DNA of 64,000 nucleotides from Bryobacterales bacterium (GCA_963763615.1 CAVXPI010000013.1:718-64717); one strand, 5' to 3'; positions 1 to 9,655 are shown, numbered from the stretch's first letter. Program-made: numbers and translations. The notes: generated by a model not told the origin, from the sequence alone.

Positions 1-1796
1 CTACCGGAGCGTCGGGAACATTCGGTAACGGTACTGCCACCATCATGGTTCCGACGAATTCTTTGGGAATCGCGTCGGCTCCCTTCACAGCGAATGCGAC
101 AGCGGGCGGTCCTTATATAGTTACCGCGGCGGCGGCGAGCTTGACGACAGCGAACTTCTCGCTGACGAATAATCCCGGCGTGCCGGCGACAATGACGGCG
201 AACGCAGGCACCACGCCACAGTCAACCACAATCAACACGGCCTTCGCGAACACGCTGGCAGTAACGGTGAAGGACGCAGCGAACAATCCAGTTTCGGGAC
301 TGAATGTGAGGTTTACTGCCCCGCCTACCGGGGCGTCGGGAACATTCAGCAACGGCACGGCCACGATTATGGTGCCGACGAATTCTTCAGGAATCGCATC
401 GGCTCCCTTCACGGCGAATGCGACAGCGGGCGGCCAATATATTGTGACAGCGTCAGTGCCGGGCTTGACACCGTTGAACTTTTCGCTGACGAACATTGCC
501 GGCGCGGCGGCGACTATGACGGCGAATGCAGGCACCACGCCACAGGTAATTATAGTCAACATAGCCTTCCGGAATGCGCTGGCAGTAACGGTGAAGGACG
601 CAGCGAACAATCCGGTTTCGGGAGTGAACGTGACGTTCACTGCTCCCTCTACTGGAGCGTCGGGAACATTCGGTAACGGTACTGCCACCATCATGGTCCC
701 GACAGACTCTTTGGGAATAGCGTCGGCTCCCTTCACAGCGAATGCGATAGCGGATCGTGCTTTTTACACAGTTACTGCGGCGGCGGCGGGCTTGACGACA
801 GCGAACTTCTCGCTGAGGAATGATTCCGGAGCGCCGGCGACAATAACGGCGAATGCAGGCACCACGCCGCAGTCAACTCCAATCAACACAGCCTTCCCGA
901 ATGCGCTGGCAGTAACGATGAAAGACGCATCGAACAATCCGGTTATGGGATTTAGCGTGACGTTTACGGCCCCTTCCTCTGGAGCGTCGGGAACATTCAG
1001 CAACAGCACGGCCACGATTATGGTGCCGACGAATTCTTCGGGAATCGCCTCGGCTCCCTTCACGGCGAATGCGACAGCGGGCAATCCCTATATAGTTACT
1101 GCGGCGGCGGCGGGCTTGACGACAGCGAACTTCTCGCTGACGAATAATCCCGGCGCGGCGGCGACAATGACGGCGAATGCAGGCACCACGCCACAGTCAA
1201 CTCCAATCAACACAGCCTTCCCGAATGCGCCGGCAGTATTGGTGAAGGACGCAGCGAACAATCCGGTGTCGGGTGTGAACGTGACGTTCACGGCCCCTTC
1301 CACGGGAGCGTCGGGAACATTCAGCAACGGCACTGCCACGATTATTGTGCCGACGAATTCCTCAGGAATCGCGGCGGCCCCTTTCACGGCGAATGCGGCG
1401 GCGGGCGGCCAATATATAGTGACGGCGTCAGCGCCGGGCTTGACACCGTTGAACTTTTCGCTGACGAACATTGCCGGCGCGGCGGCGACAATGACGGCGA
1501 ATGCAGGCACCACGCCGCAATCCGCTACCATCGGCACAGCCTTCACTAATGCCTTGGCTGTGACGGTGAAAGATGCGAGTGGGAACCCGGTGTCTGGCGT
1601 AACAGTCGCATTCAGCGCGCCGGGCAGCGGCGGACCCTCGGGTACCTTCAGTAACAACACCGGCGCCATTTCGCTGCCCACCAATGCGTCGGGTATCGCT
1701 TCCGCCGTATTTACAGCTAACGCCAACGGTGGTGGTCCTTACAATGTCACTGCAGCAGCAAACTCGCTGTCCACTCCCTTTTCGCTGACGAATAAC
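1..1796 (+). repeat. In-frame tandem DNA repeat with a 324-nt period (one 327-nt unit), at least 5 copies, encoding the Ig-like units of the giant protein.
   Basis: The unit landmark ATGGT(N)CCGAC recurs at 45, 369, 693, 1020 and 1344, with long stretches of near-identical nucleotides between units. A sixth, more divergent unit ends near 1796. Confidence 0.85.
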
Positions 1797-4559
1797 TTCT
1801 TGCCGCAGAGTATTCAGAACTTTGGCGCCATCCCGGCCCAAACTGTGGGTATCCCGCTGACCCTCAACGCGACTGCCACTTCCGGCCTGACGGTAAGCTA
1901 TCAGTCCACAACGACTTCGGTCTGCACAGTCCCGGTAAGCACAGTGACATTCACAGCTCCCGGCCAGTGCAGCATTACTGCCGCGCAATCCGGCAACGCC
2001 AGCTACGCGGCCGCGCAGAGCATTATCCAGACCTTCACGGTTAACGCTGATGTGGCCGCCATTTCGAATATTCAGGCCGTCACAGTCGGCGGCAACTCCG
2101 AAGTCATCACTTGGACGACAGACCAGCCCTCCACAACGCAAGTCAACTACGGCGCCACCTCCAGTTACGGCTCCTCCTCTCCACTCGACAACAATCTAGT
2201 CACAAACCACTCAGTCACCCTGAGCAATCTAGTGCCTAATGCTACTTACAACTATGACGTTGTCTCCACAAACTCAATCAGCGGAACCGCGACTAGCACG
2301 AACTCCACCTTTGTCACTAAGCCATATGTTGGTTACCTTGCCTTCTGGGGAGTCAATAACTCAGGTGTCACCATCTCGTGGTCCACCGACGTACCGGCCA
2401 ATACCTTCGTTGCTTACGGCACCACCAACGCCTTGGGCCAGCTCAGTCCTGTCCAATCCGCGCTCACCAACAGCCACGGCGTCGTTCTCACCGGCCTGAA
2501 CCCCGGTACTACCTACTATTTCCGTGCCGAATCGACCACTGCTGGCGGCAGCACCGGTGGTTCAACCATCTACACCTTCACGACGACTGGCGTACCGGCC
2601 TCGCCCGCCCCCGTCATTACCAAGGTGGCCGTCACCAACATCACCACCACCTCGGCCACCATCTCCTGGATCACCGACCAGGCTGCTAGTTCGCAGGTCA
2701 ACTACGGAGCCACCACAGCCTATAGTTCTTCGTCGCCGCTGAACTCTAGCTTGGTGACCAGCCACGTCGTCAATCTCACCGGACTCACCCCCGGCACCAC
2801 TTACAACTACGACGTGATCTCGACCAACTCCTCCGGCACCTCCTCCGGCATGTCGACGAACTACACGTTTGCCACCACCGGTGTCATCGCCACACCGCCG
2901 GCGATCATGAACATCCAGGCCACGGTCACCAGCACGACGGCCACCATTACCTGGACCACCGATCAAGCCGCTAATTCGCAAGTCAAGTATGGTGCGACCA
3001 ACAGTTACGGCTCTGCCACCACACCGGACAGCAACTACGTCACCAGCCACTCCGTGACGCTGATCAACCTCACCCCCGGCACCACTTATAACTTTGCCGC
3101 TGTCTCTACCAACGCGGCAGCCCTGTCCACCACATCGCCGAATGGGACTTTCCTCACCACGGCTTCCAACGCCACCGCACCATACGTCGGCTATGTCGCT
3201 TTCTGGGGAATCAACAACTCCGGCGTCACCATCTCCTGGTCTACTGACGTGCCCGCCAACACGCAACTGGCTTACGGAACCACCCCGGCACTCGGCCAGT
3301 TCAGCCCGCTGCAGTCCACCCTCACCGCCAGCCACGGTGTGGTCCTTACAGGCTTGAACAGCGGAACGACTTACTACTTCCAGGCTCAATCCACCGGCGC
3401 CAACGGAGCCACCGGCTACTCCACCACCTATAGCTTCACCACCACCGGCTCACCGTCAGCCCCGGCGCCTGTCATCTCGAATATCCAGACCAGCGTCACC
3501 ACGAACTCCGCCACCATCACCTGGACCACCGATCAGGCCGCGTCTTCCCAGGTGAACTATGGAGTGACCACCACATACACCTCATCCTCCACTCTCTCCT
3601 CAACGCTGACAACATCACACTCGGTCACCCTGAATAACCTGATGCCAGGAACCACTTACAACTTCGACGTCATGTCTTCAAGCGTGGCGAACCTGTCCGC
3701 CACCTCGCCCAACGCGACCTTCCAGACCACCGGCTCGGCGCCGGGGCCGGTAATCAGTAAGGTAGCGGCCAGCAGCATCACCAGCAGCACGGCCCTGATC
3801 ACCTGGACTACCGACCAGGCGGCCAGTTCAGTGGTGAATTACGGAACCAGCAGCACCTCTGATCCAACGCTGGTAACGAGCCACTCTGTGATGCTCACCG
3901 GCCTGACGCCGAACACCGTGTACACGTTCAGTGTGACCTCCGCCAACGCAGCCAGCGTTTCCAGCACGTCGAGCAGCTACAACTTCACCACCTCCACACC
4001 AAGCGCTGGCGCGCCGGTCGTCTCGAGCGTGGCGTTCTGGGGTGTCACTGGTTCAGGAGTGATCATCTCCTGGTCTACCAACGTGCCGTCGAATACGTCA
4101 GTAGCCTTCGGCACCGCCGCCAACCAACTCAGTCAAACCAGTCCTGTACAAACAGCGCTAACGAACAGCCACGGAGTTACGCTTACCGGCCTCAGCCCTG
4201 GAACAGCTTATTACTTCCAGGCGCAATCCGCCGATGTGAACGGCAACACCGGCTACTCGACTATCTTTAGCTTTACGACGCTAGCCGGCCCGCCAACGAT
4301 CTCGGCTGTGACGGTTACACCGGCGGCGAACCACACGGCCACCATGAGCTGGACGACCTCCGCGCCGACGTACAGCTATGTGCAATACGGGCCAGCCGCC
4401 GGCGTGTACGGCCGCTACTCGCCTCAAACCAATCTGACCACCACTCCGCAATGCACGCTCGGCTATGTGCCCAGCGGCGTGAATCACTATCAACTCGTAA
4501 GCACCGATGCCAATGGCCATCAGGTGGTGTCACCAGACGCTACCTTTATTGAGCCGTAA
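1..4559 (+). CDS. Giant secreted/surface repeat protein, 5' end outside the window. It has about 5.5 Big_1/invasin-like Ig repeats, one Cys-pair Ig-like domain, and nine FN3-like modules.
   Basis: The frame is open from nt 3: TGASGTFGNGTATI precedes the first ATG at 45 and matches the repeat unit. The 108-aa units read ...TFTAP.TGASGTFSNGTATIMVPTNSSGIASAPFTANA...AVTVKDAANNPVSGVNV. Nine modules carry ITWTTDQ / ISWSTDVP / SWTTSAP ... (N/A/Q)YG ... TY(N/Y)(Y/F) signatures. Stop TAA is at 4557-4559. Confidence 0.85.
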   Translation, partial: TGASGTFGNGTATIMVPTNSLGIASAPFTANATAGGPYIVTAAAASLTTANFSLTNNPGVPATMTANAGTTPQSTTINTAFANTLAVTVKDAANNPVSGLNVRFTAPPTGASGTFSNGTATIMVPTNSSGIASAPFTANATAGGQYIVTASVPGLTPLNFSLTNIAGAAATMTANAGTTPQVIIVNIAFRNALAVTVKDAANNPVSGVNVTFTAPSTGASGTFGNGTATIMVPTDSLGIASAPFTANAIADRAFYTVTAAAAGLTTANFSLRNDSGAPATITANAGTTPQSTPINTAFPNALAVTMKDASNNPVMGFSVTFTAPSSGASGTFSNSTATIMVPTNSSGIASAPFTANATAGNPYIVTAAAAGLTTANFSLTNNPGAAATMTANAGTTPQSTPINTAFPNAPAVLVKDAANNPVSGVNVTFTAPSTGASGTFSNGTATIIVPTNSSGIAAAPFTANAAAGGQYIVTASAPGLTPLNFSLTNIAGAAATMTANAGTTPQSATIGTAFTNALAVTVKDASGNPVSGVTVAFSAPGSGGPSGTFSNNTGAISLPTNASGIASAVFTANANGGGPYNVTAAANSLSTPFSLTNNFLPQSIQNFGAIPAQTVGIPLTLNATATSGLTVSYQSTTTSVCTVPVSTVTFTAPGQCSITAAQSGNASYAAAQSIIQTFTVNADVAAISNIQAVTVGGNSEVITWTTDQPSTTQVNYGATSSYGSSSPLDNNLVTNHSVTLSNLVPNATYNYDVVSTNSISGTATSTNSTFVTKPYVGYLAFWGVNNSGVTISWSTDVPANTFVAYGTTNALGQLSPVQSALTNSHGVVLTGLNPGTTYYFRAESTTAGGSTGGSTIYTFTTTGVPASPAPVITKVAVTNITTTSATISWITDQAASSQVNYGATTAYSSSSPLNSSLVTSHVVNLTGLTPGTTYNYDVISTNSSGTSSGMSTNYTFATTGVIATPPAIMNIQATVTSTTATITWTTDQAANSQVKYGATNSYGSATTPDSNYVTSHSVTLINLTPGTTYNFAAVSTNAAALSTTSPNGTFLTTASNATAPYVGYVAFWGINNSGVTISWSTDVPANTQLAYGTTPALGQFSPLQSTLTASHGVVLTGLNSGTTYYFQAQSTGANGATGYSTTYSFTTTGSPSAPAPVISNIQTSVTTNSATITWTTDQAASSQVNYGVTTTYTSSSTLSSTLTTSHSVTLNNLMPGTTYNFDVMSSSVANLSATSPNATFQTTGSAPGPVISKVAASSITSSTALITWTTDQAASSVVNYGTSSTSDPTLVTSHSVMLTGLTPNTVYTFSVTSANAASVSSTSSSYNFTTSTPSAGAPVVSSVAFWGVTGSGVIISWSTNVPSNTSVAFGTAANQLSQTSPVQTALTNSHGVTLTGLSPGTAYYFQAQSADVNGNTGYSTIFSFTTLAGPPTISAVTVTPAANHTATMSWTTSAPTYSYVQYGPAAGVYGRYSPQTNLTTTPQCTLGYVPSGVNHYQLVSTDANGHQVVSPDATFIEP

Positions 4560-4864
4560 GCGGGCGGAATTTTCGACGAAGCGAAGAGACGGACCGGGAG
4601 GTCCGCCGCAAGCCAGGAGGCCCGCCCACCCGGTGATGAATCTGACTTGATTGTCATAAACGGCAGTTGGGGCGATTCGTTTTGGGGGTAAGTGGCTGAA
4701 AGTGAAAGTTTTGAACGTGGGAGCGAAGGGCTACAAGATGCGTTGATTGCGAATCGAACTTGGATTTTGCCGGGAGGGGCATTCGGGCACGGTCGGCCAG
4801 CACTGTACCGACGATATTTTCGTTCGGGCTGTCCCGTGAGAAAAATTAAAGGGAGTTTAAGCCG

Positions 4865-5134
4865 ATGCGAACCGCCAACATTATCCTAAGCCAGTGAGGA
4901 CCAGCGCTTCTGGTTTGCTTCACAGTCATCATCGGACTCCTCTATCAGAACGCGCGCATGACCGACCTCCGATCCTCAATGGATAGCCGCTTTCATGATA
5001 TGAAAAGCTCCTTCGACAAGCGCTTCGACGATATGGGTAAGCGCTTTGACGACCTCAAAGACCTGATGAAGTCTGAATTCAGATGCGTCGACGAACGGAT
5101 TGACCGGTTTGAAAGCCCGCTCGTTCGCAAATAG
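4865..5134 (+). pseudogene. Small TM + coiled-coil protein gene with an in-frame TGA at codon 11 (4895-4897).
   Basis: ATG 4865 is preceded by AAGGGAG. It reads MRTANIILSQ*GPALLVCFTVIIGLLYQNARMTDLRSSMDSRFHDMKSSFDKRFDDMGKRFDDLKDLMKSEFRCVDERIDRFESPLVRK, ending at TAG 5132-5134. The paralog at 5195 has TGG (Trp) where this copy has TGA. Confidence 0.45.
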
Positions 5135-5194
5135 CTCCAACCCGGGCCGCTGCCATCAGGGGAGTTCGTGAAAGGATGAAGCGAGTCTAAAGCG

Positions 5195-5359
5195 ATGCAA
5201 GCCGCCAACACAATTCTGAGCCAGTGGGGACCGGCGATTCTCGTTTGCTTCACGGTCATCATCGGACTCTTTTATCAGAACGCGCGCATGACGGACCCCC
5301 GATGCTCGATGGACGGCCGTGGGCCGTTGAGGCAGGGGCGCGGGAAACGAAAATCTTAA
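5195..5359 (+). CDS. Truncated paralog of the 4865 small gene: same N-terminus and TM segment, without the coiled-coil tail.
   Basis: It reads MQAANTILSQWGPAILVCFTVIIGLFYQNARMTDPRCSMDGRGPLRQGRGKRKS*. Nucleotide homology to 4865-4990 is obvious by eye and ends near 5315. It falls below the 60-aa cutoff of the ORF track. Confidence 0.3.
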   Translation: MQAANTILSQWGPAILVCFTVIIGLFYQNARMTDPRCSMDGRGPLRQGRGKRKS

Positions 5360-5607
5360 TTTACAGGATCTGTCATCATTTCAGGATGGTAAAAATGATG
5401 GATTGGAATAGAAAAGGTCCGCTTAAGATCCTGAATTAGTCTGCGCCCACACAATTCTGGGAGGGGCTTCGACCAAACAATATCTGCCTTGATAAGCAAG
5501 GTTGATTCTGGTTCTACTGGGTCTGGATCTGTTATTTCAACTTTATAAAACCGGAGAACCTGTAAAACGGTAACTCGCTGCACTTCCCCGGTTTCTGAGA
5601 TAAACAT
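5356..5607 (-). CDS. Hypothetical protein (83 aa) in the AT-richer islet.
   Basis: The ORF lies 6 nt downstream of the 5614-6054 gene on the same strand. I recognise no motif. Confidence 0.35.
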   Translation of the reverse strand: MFISETGEVQRVTVLQVLRFYKVEITDPDPVEPESTLLIKADIVWSKPLPELCGRRLIQDLKRTFSIPIHHFYHPEMMTDPVN

Positions 5608-5613
5608 TTAATC

Positions 5614-6054
5614 CTAGGCCGCTACTGGCTCTGGAGACTCAATTGCGTATTCAATACCTTCAAATGGTAATAAGTCGCTGGTGCTATCCGAAAACATTTC
5701 GTGAATTGACACGCAATCATAGGTCAGGTTTGTTTTAGCCTTTGTTTTCCATAGATCTCTCCAGATTTCGTTGGGAACGACCCGCAATAGGCCGTCTATG
5801 CCACCAAACATTGTCAGGTGATGTTGGATGCTTGCCGCCAATCCCTTGGCAAACTTATCCTTTGCATCTTCAATATCGTTGCCCTGAACGGCGTAATCTA
5901 TTTCAAATCCTTGAGCAAACCAAAAGCGGCCATCTGGAACTATTAAAACGTGGAGCTTCCATATCCCGACACCGTGCAAATGTGCCTCGGCATCAGCCAG
6001 ATGGGCCGCGCCTGCTCCTGATTTCGTTACCTTAAGATTCTTCGTTTCGATCAT
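5614..6054 (-). CDS. Hypothetical protein, possibly HicB-like antitoxin fold (146 aa from the internal ATG).
   Basis: ATG at 6054 is preceded by AAGAGGAAG. The segment LHVLIVPDGRFWFAQGFEIDYAVQGNDIEDAKDKFAKGLAASIQHHL resembles the HicB N-terminal pattern as I recall it. No search was done. Confidence 0.45.
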   Translation of the reverse strand: MIETKNLKVTKSGAGAAHLADAEAHLHGVGIWKLHVLIVPDGRFWFAQGFEIDYAVQGNDIEDAKDKFAKGLAASIQHHLTMFGGIDGLLRVVPNEIWRDLWKTKAKTNLTYDCVSIHEMFSDSTSDLLPFEGIEYAIESPEPVAA

Positions 6055-6244
6055 TGTGGCTTCCTCTTTCGTGCTCTGACCTCTCGTTCTCTTCTGGCTT
6101 AAACTCAAACCCTCCATCTTTTTTATCGGCCGCCGCTTTAGGGACCGATACAATCATCGCTGCGAACTTCCGCAATCGCTCAAACGGGCTGGCATTAGCG
6201 TCTAGGCCCGGAACTTCCTGAATGGAGCGTGGCCTCATCGCCAA
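6032..6244 (-). CDS. Small hypothetical protein (70 aa), first gene of the minus-strand islet operon.
   Basis: The ORF overlaps the start of the next gene by 23 nt. The FERLRKFAAMIVSVPKAAADKK pattern resembles small TA-associated proteins. Support is weak. Confidence 0.25.
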   Translation of the reverse strand: MAMRPRSIQEVPGLDANASPFERLRKFAAMIVSVPKAAADKKDGGFEFKPEENERSEHERGSHNDRNEES

Positions 6245-6711
6245 CGCCCCAAAGGGCTGTGGTAGCAGCCCCGATAGTTTCTCTTTTATATACCAAACTT
6301 GTGAAGGACATCGCCAACCAGTTTCCTTATCCCAGATGTGCTCCTGTGCAGAACTCCATCCGCCTGACTTGACGTGTTGCCAGCCGATAGCAAAGCAAAG
6401 CAGTGGCGTTTACGACCAACAGATTCAAGCTTATCATGGAATATTGCCTATACCTGGGTATTGGCGGCCTGCCACGCCAAGTCACTCGTACTAGTCTCCA
6501 CGGATTGTCAAGCAGGTGTCTGTTATCGGCGCGACCAGGCGGCCTGCCAGATCCGTTACTCGAAAACACCCCTAGTACGAGAACTAGACTAAACTATTCG
6601 GGCGGGTCGATTGTTTACTTCTTCCGCGCTCTCTATTAGACTCTGAAAATGTCGGTGGTCGAGGTATGGTCAGAAAGGTCATTCAGCCGGACGTACAGAG
6701 GAAACGAAAAC

Positions 6712-8515
6712 ATGTTTAGAGTTTGGAGCATGACGCTACTTAAGGTCATAACCGTGTGGCTTTGCCTACTTTTCGGTACGACACTCTCGGCGGATGTTCT
6801 CATCACCTCTGGAACCTTCGGTGGAGCTATTCAGTCCGGAAGCAGTGGTCCTGCGAGTAGCATTTCAATCCAAGGCCCAAGTTTCAAACTGACCTGTAGC
6901 GGCCTATTCACTCCCTACGTTTGGTATGCGCGGGAGTCACTTTTTATCCCGGAGCGGCGGTCAACGAGAATTGCACGTTCGGAAGCCTAACCTACAACGG
7001 CATCACGTACAACAACGTTGGGTTGAATCTAAGTTTCACCGGCACTGCGGCCACGACGCCAGGTTATCAGGTGGGGGTGGTTCCAGGGGGAGTGCAAGGC
7101 CAGGTGGCAAATGTCGTATTCTCGATGTCTGGAACAGTCACAACCTTCTCCGATATCGCGACGATTTCCAACATCATTTCTGTTTCTGGCTCGGGGATCT
7201 TCAACGCCCGCGGAGATGCAGGCTTTGCGGGCCTTCAAGGCTTCTCGGGGAGCGCGACATACCAATTCATGCCTTTACCCGCGTTTGTTCAAGACAGCTC
7301 AAGCCAGGGGAATTGGAGTTTGAACTACGGGGGTAACGGATTCCAGATCGTGGTTACTCCACCACGTATAGCTTTACCACCACCGGTACGCAAACCACAC
7401 CTGCTCCGGTGATCTCAAACGTGCTGGTGGGCAACATCACCAACACTTCCGCCACCATCACCTGGACTACCGATCAAGCCTCCTCTTCGCAGGTCCACTA
7501 TGGCCTCACCACGGCTTACACATCGTCCTCGACACTCGATCCGACGCTCGTTACCGCTCACTCAGTGACTTTGACCAACCTTTCGCCAGGCACACCCTAT
7601 GACTTCGATGTAATGTCATCGAACTCTTTGGCCGTCTCGTCAACTTCGACGAACTACACCTTCGCCACCACAGGTTCATCGCCTGGGCCCGTCATCACCC
7701 TTGTCGCCTCCAGTAGCGTCACCAGCGGGACCGCCGTCATTACCTGGACCACCGACCAAGCTTCCTCCTCGCAAGTCAATTACGGCACCACAACGGCCTA
7801 CGGGCAATCTTCTACGCCCAATCCGGCCTTAGTAACGAGTCACTCTGTAATGCTCACCGGCCTGACTCCGAACACAACCTATAACTTCGATGTAGTTTCG
7901 GCGAATTCGTCCAATGTAGCCAGCACCTCCGGCAACTACACCTTCACCACCGCGAGTTCCTCGGCTCCGCCGCCGGTGATTTCGGCTGTGGCGTTCTGGG
8001 GCATCACCAGTTCAGGATTGACCATCTCGTGGTCCACCAACGTGCCGGCGAATACCTCAGTGGCTTTCGGCACCACCAACCAACTCGGCCAAACCAGTCC
8101 CGTGCAGACCGCCCTGACAAACAGCCATGGAGCAACGCTCGCTGGGCTCAGCCCGGGCACGACCTACTACTTCCAGGCGCAATCCGCGGACGTGAACGGC
8201 AACACCGGCTACTCCACCATCTACAGCTTTACAACAATAGCCGGTCCGCCCACCATCTCGGCAGTGACGGCGACACCGGCTGCAAATGGTACAGCCACGA
8301 TTAGTTGGACCACCTCCGCTCCGACTCAAAGCTATGTACAATACGGAACGGCTGCTGGCGTGTACGGACGCTACTCGGCGCTGACCAGCCTGACTACCAC
8401 TCCGCAATGCAAGCTGTCCTATGTGCCCAGCGGTACCATCCATTATCAGGTGGTAAGCACCGATGCCAACGGCAATCAGGTTGTCTCGCCGGATGCTGTG
8501 TTCAACGAGCCTTAA
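6712..8515 (+). pseudogene. Chimeric paralog of the giant repeat protein. It has its own signal peptide and a beta-rich N-domain, followed by a copy of FN3-like modules 6-9, and is interrupted by two frame changes.
   Basis: ATG 6712 follows AGAGGAAA and gives a signal-peptide-like MFRVWSMTLLKVITVWLCLLFGTTLSADV. The reading frame moves from frame 1 to frame 3 near 6930 (..TPYVWYA / GVTFYPGAAVNEN..). It moves from frame 3 to frame 2 near 7350 (..NYGGNGFQIV / GYSTTYSFTTTGTQTTPAPVISN..). The 7352-8515 part parallels 3414-4559 of the giant gene. Confidence 0.6.
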
Positions 8516-8535
8516 CGGAACAGTGGAGCAGCGGT

Positions 8536-9582
8536 CTATTCTTCCGTGGCAGCGCGGCGTTTGACCAGGCGGAGGCTGTTTTCGATTTCGCGAGTGCCAT
8601 GAACGACGGTGACGGCTTGCAACTTATTCAGCTCGCGGCGGGCGATTTGCGCCCAGGTACTCGTCGGATCGAGCTTCAAGTAGGCCCGCCAGTGGCGGAG
8701 CGCGCCCATCACGTCGCGCTGGCTTTGGTGGAGCAAGGCCATGTTGTAGTGCGCGTCCGCGTAATTGGGGTGGATGCGCAGCGCCTCGCGGTAGTGTTCG
8801 AGGGCGGCTGGCTGGTCGCTTTGCTCGTCGTACAAATTGCCCAGATTGAAATGCGCCAGCGCATAATCAGGGTCAATTGCGAGCGCCTTTTTGTAATGCA
8901 GTTCAGCGTCGGCCCAAGCGTGGCCGTTGAAGAACACTGTTCCTAAATTCACTTCCGCGCCAGCCGATTGCGGGTCCAGCTCAGCGGCCTTCTCGTAGGC
9001 GGCAATGACCAACTGATAGTCGGCGCCTTGCTGCTCGAGTGCGAGAGCATGCTCAAACCAGCGGTCGGCTTCCAGTTTGTCGCGGAGTTTCGCTGTCACT
9101 TGGCCGGCATTCTGTTGCGCGCCTGGCAGTTGCAGCAGCTTGCTGATTTCTTCTTCGGCGAAATCGAAGAGCAGCTGGCCTGAGCCAGCCTCCAGCTTTT
9201 GCCGCCCAATCTGAATGCGCACGCGGCGCCCTTCGGCATAGACTCGCACATCTTCGCCGAGCTCGGGCGAATCTTTGAGATAGCCTTCGAGCGAATCGAG
9301 GGCTTGCCGCACAAGCCGGGGATTCGCCTTCTCCTGGTGCAGCCGTACCAGGCGCTTGAGCTTTAGCAGATCGCGGAATTTGTATTGCGAAAGTTCGGGA
9401 ATCAGCCTTTGCCGCTCCCAAGTGCGAAGTTGGCGCGGCTCGACCTTCAGTAGCCGACAAACTTCCTTACGGGTGAAGGCTCCGCCCGCTTCGCGCTCCA
9501 AGGCTGGAGTTGGATGTTGCGTAACCTCCCGCACCACATGGAAGATGATAACACCAAGGGGACAATACCATTGGTGGTACAA
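8536..9582 (-). CDS. MerR-like HTH + TPR-repeat protein.
   Basis: The N-terminal FTRKEVCRLLKVEPRQLRTWERQRLIP is MerR-type HTH-like. The C-terminal half has TPR units (AIDPDYALAHFNLGNLY, RIHPNYADAHYNMALLH). The start codon is uncertain. Confidence 0.6.
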   Translation of the reverse strand: MYHQWYCPLGVIIFHVVREVTQHPTPALEREAGGAFTRKEVCRLLKVEPRQLRTWERQRLIPELSQYKFRDLLKLKRLVRLHQEKANPRLVRQALDSLEGYLKDSPELGEDVRVYAEGRRVRIQIGRQKLEAGSGQLLFDFAEEEISKLLQLPGAQQNAGQVTAKLRDKLEADRWFEHALALEQQGADYQLVIAAYEKAAELDPQSAGAEVNLGTVFFNGHAWADAELHYKKALAIDPDYALAHFNLGNLYDEQSDQPAALEHYREALRIHPNYADAHYNMALLHQSQRDVMGALRHWRAYLKLDPTSTWAQIARRELNKLQAVTVVHGTREIENSLRLVKRRAATEE

Positions 9583-9626
9583 TTGCGCCCGTTTAAATCG
9601 TCCCTATCCCCTTGCAAACCAAGCGG

Positions 9627-9655
9627 TTGACAGGGCCACAAAGGTATCTCATACT
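9627..9655 (+). promoter_or_regulatory. Candidate sigma70-type promoter for feoAB.
   Basis: TTGACA (9627-9632), a 17-nt spacer, then CATACT (9650-9655), about 30 nt upstream of the feoA ATG. Confidence 0.3.

Noticed and set aside
113-1726. Three long minus-strand ORFs (113-736, 764-1084, 1088-1726) antisense to the giant repeat gene.
   Set aside because: They exactly shadow the 324-nt sense-strand repeats. Their 'proteins' are repeat mirror images with no recognisable motif, and GC-rich repeat DNA is naturally stop-poor on the antisense strand.
2562-3389. A 275-aa minus-strand ORF and several 70-100-aa ORFs overlapping the FN3-like region.
   Set aside because: They have Arg/Gly/Val-rich low-complexity translations typical of wrong-frame reading of GC-rich coding DNA. 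The sense frame carries clear domain signatures.
4575-4600. Hairpin CGGACC-GGGA-GGTCCG downstream of the giant gene as an intrinsic terminator.
   Set aside because: The stem is only 6 bp and no T-run follows.
4895-4897. In-frame TGA as selenocysteine or another programmed recoding event.
   Set aside because: The paralog has TGG at the same codon, so a G->A nonsense change is the simplest reading. I saw no obvious SECIS-like hairpin immediately downstream. It is retained only as a pseudogene/read-through note.
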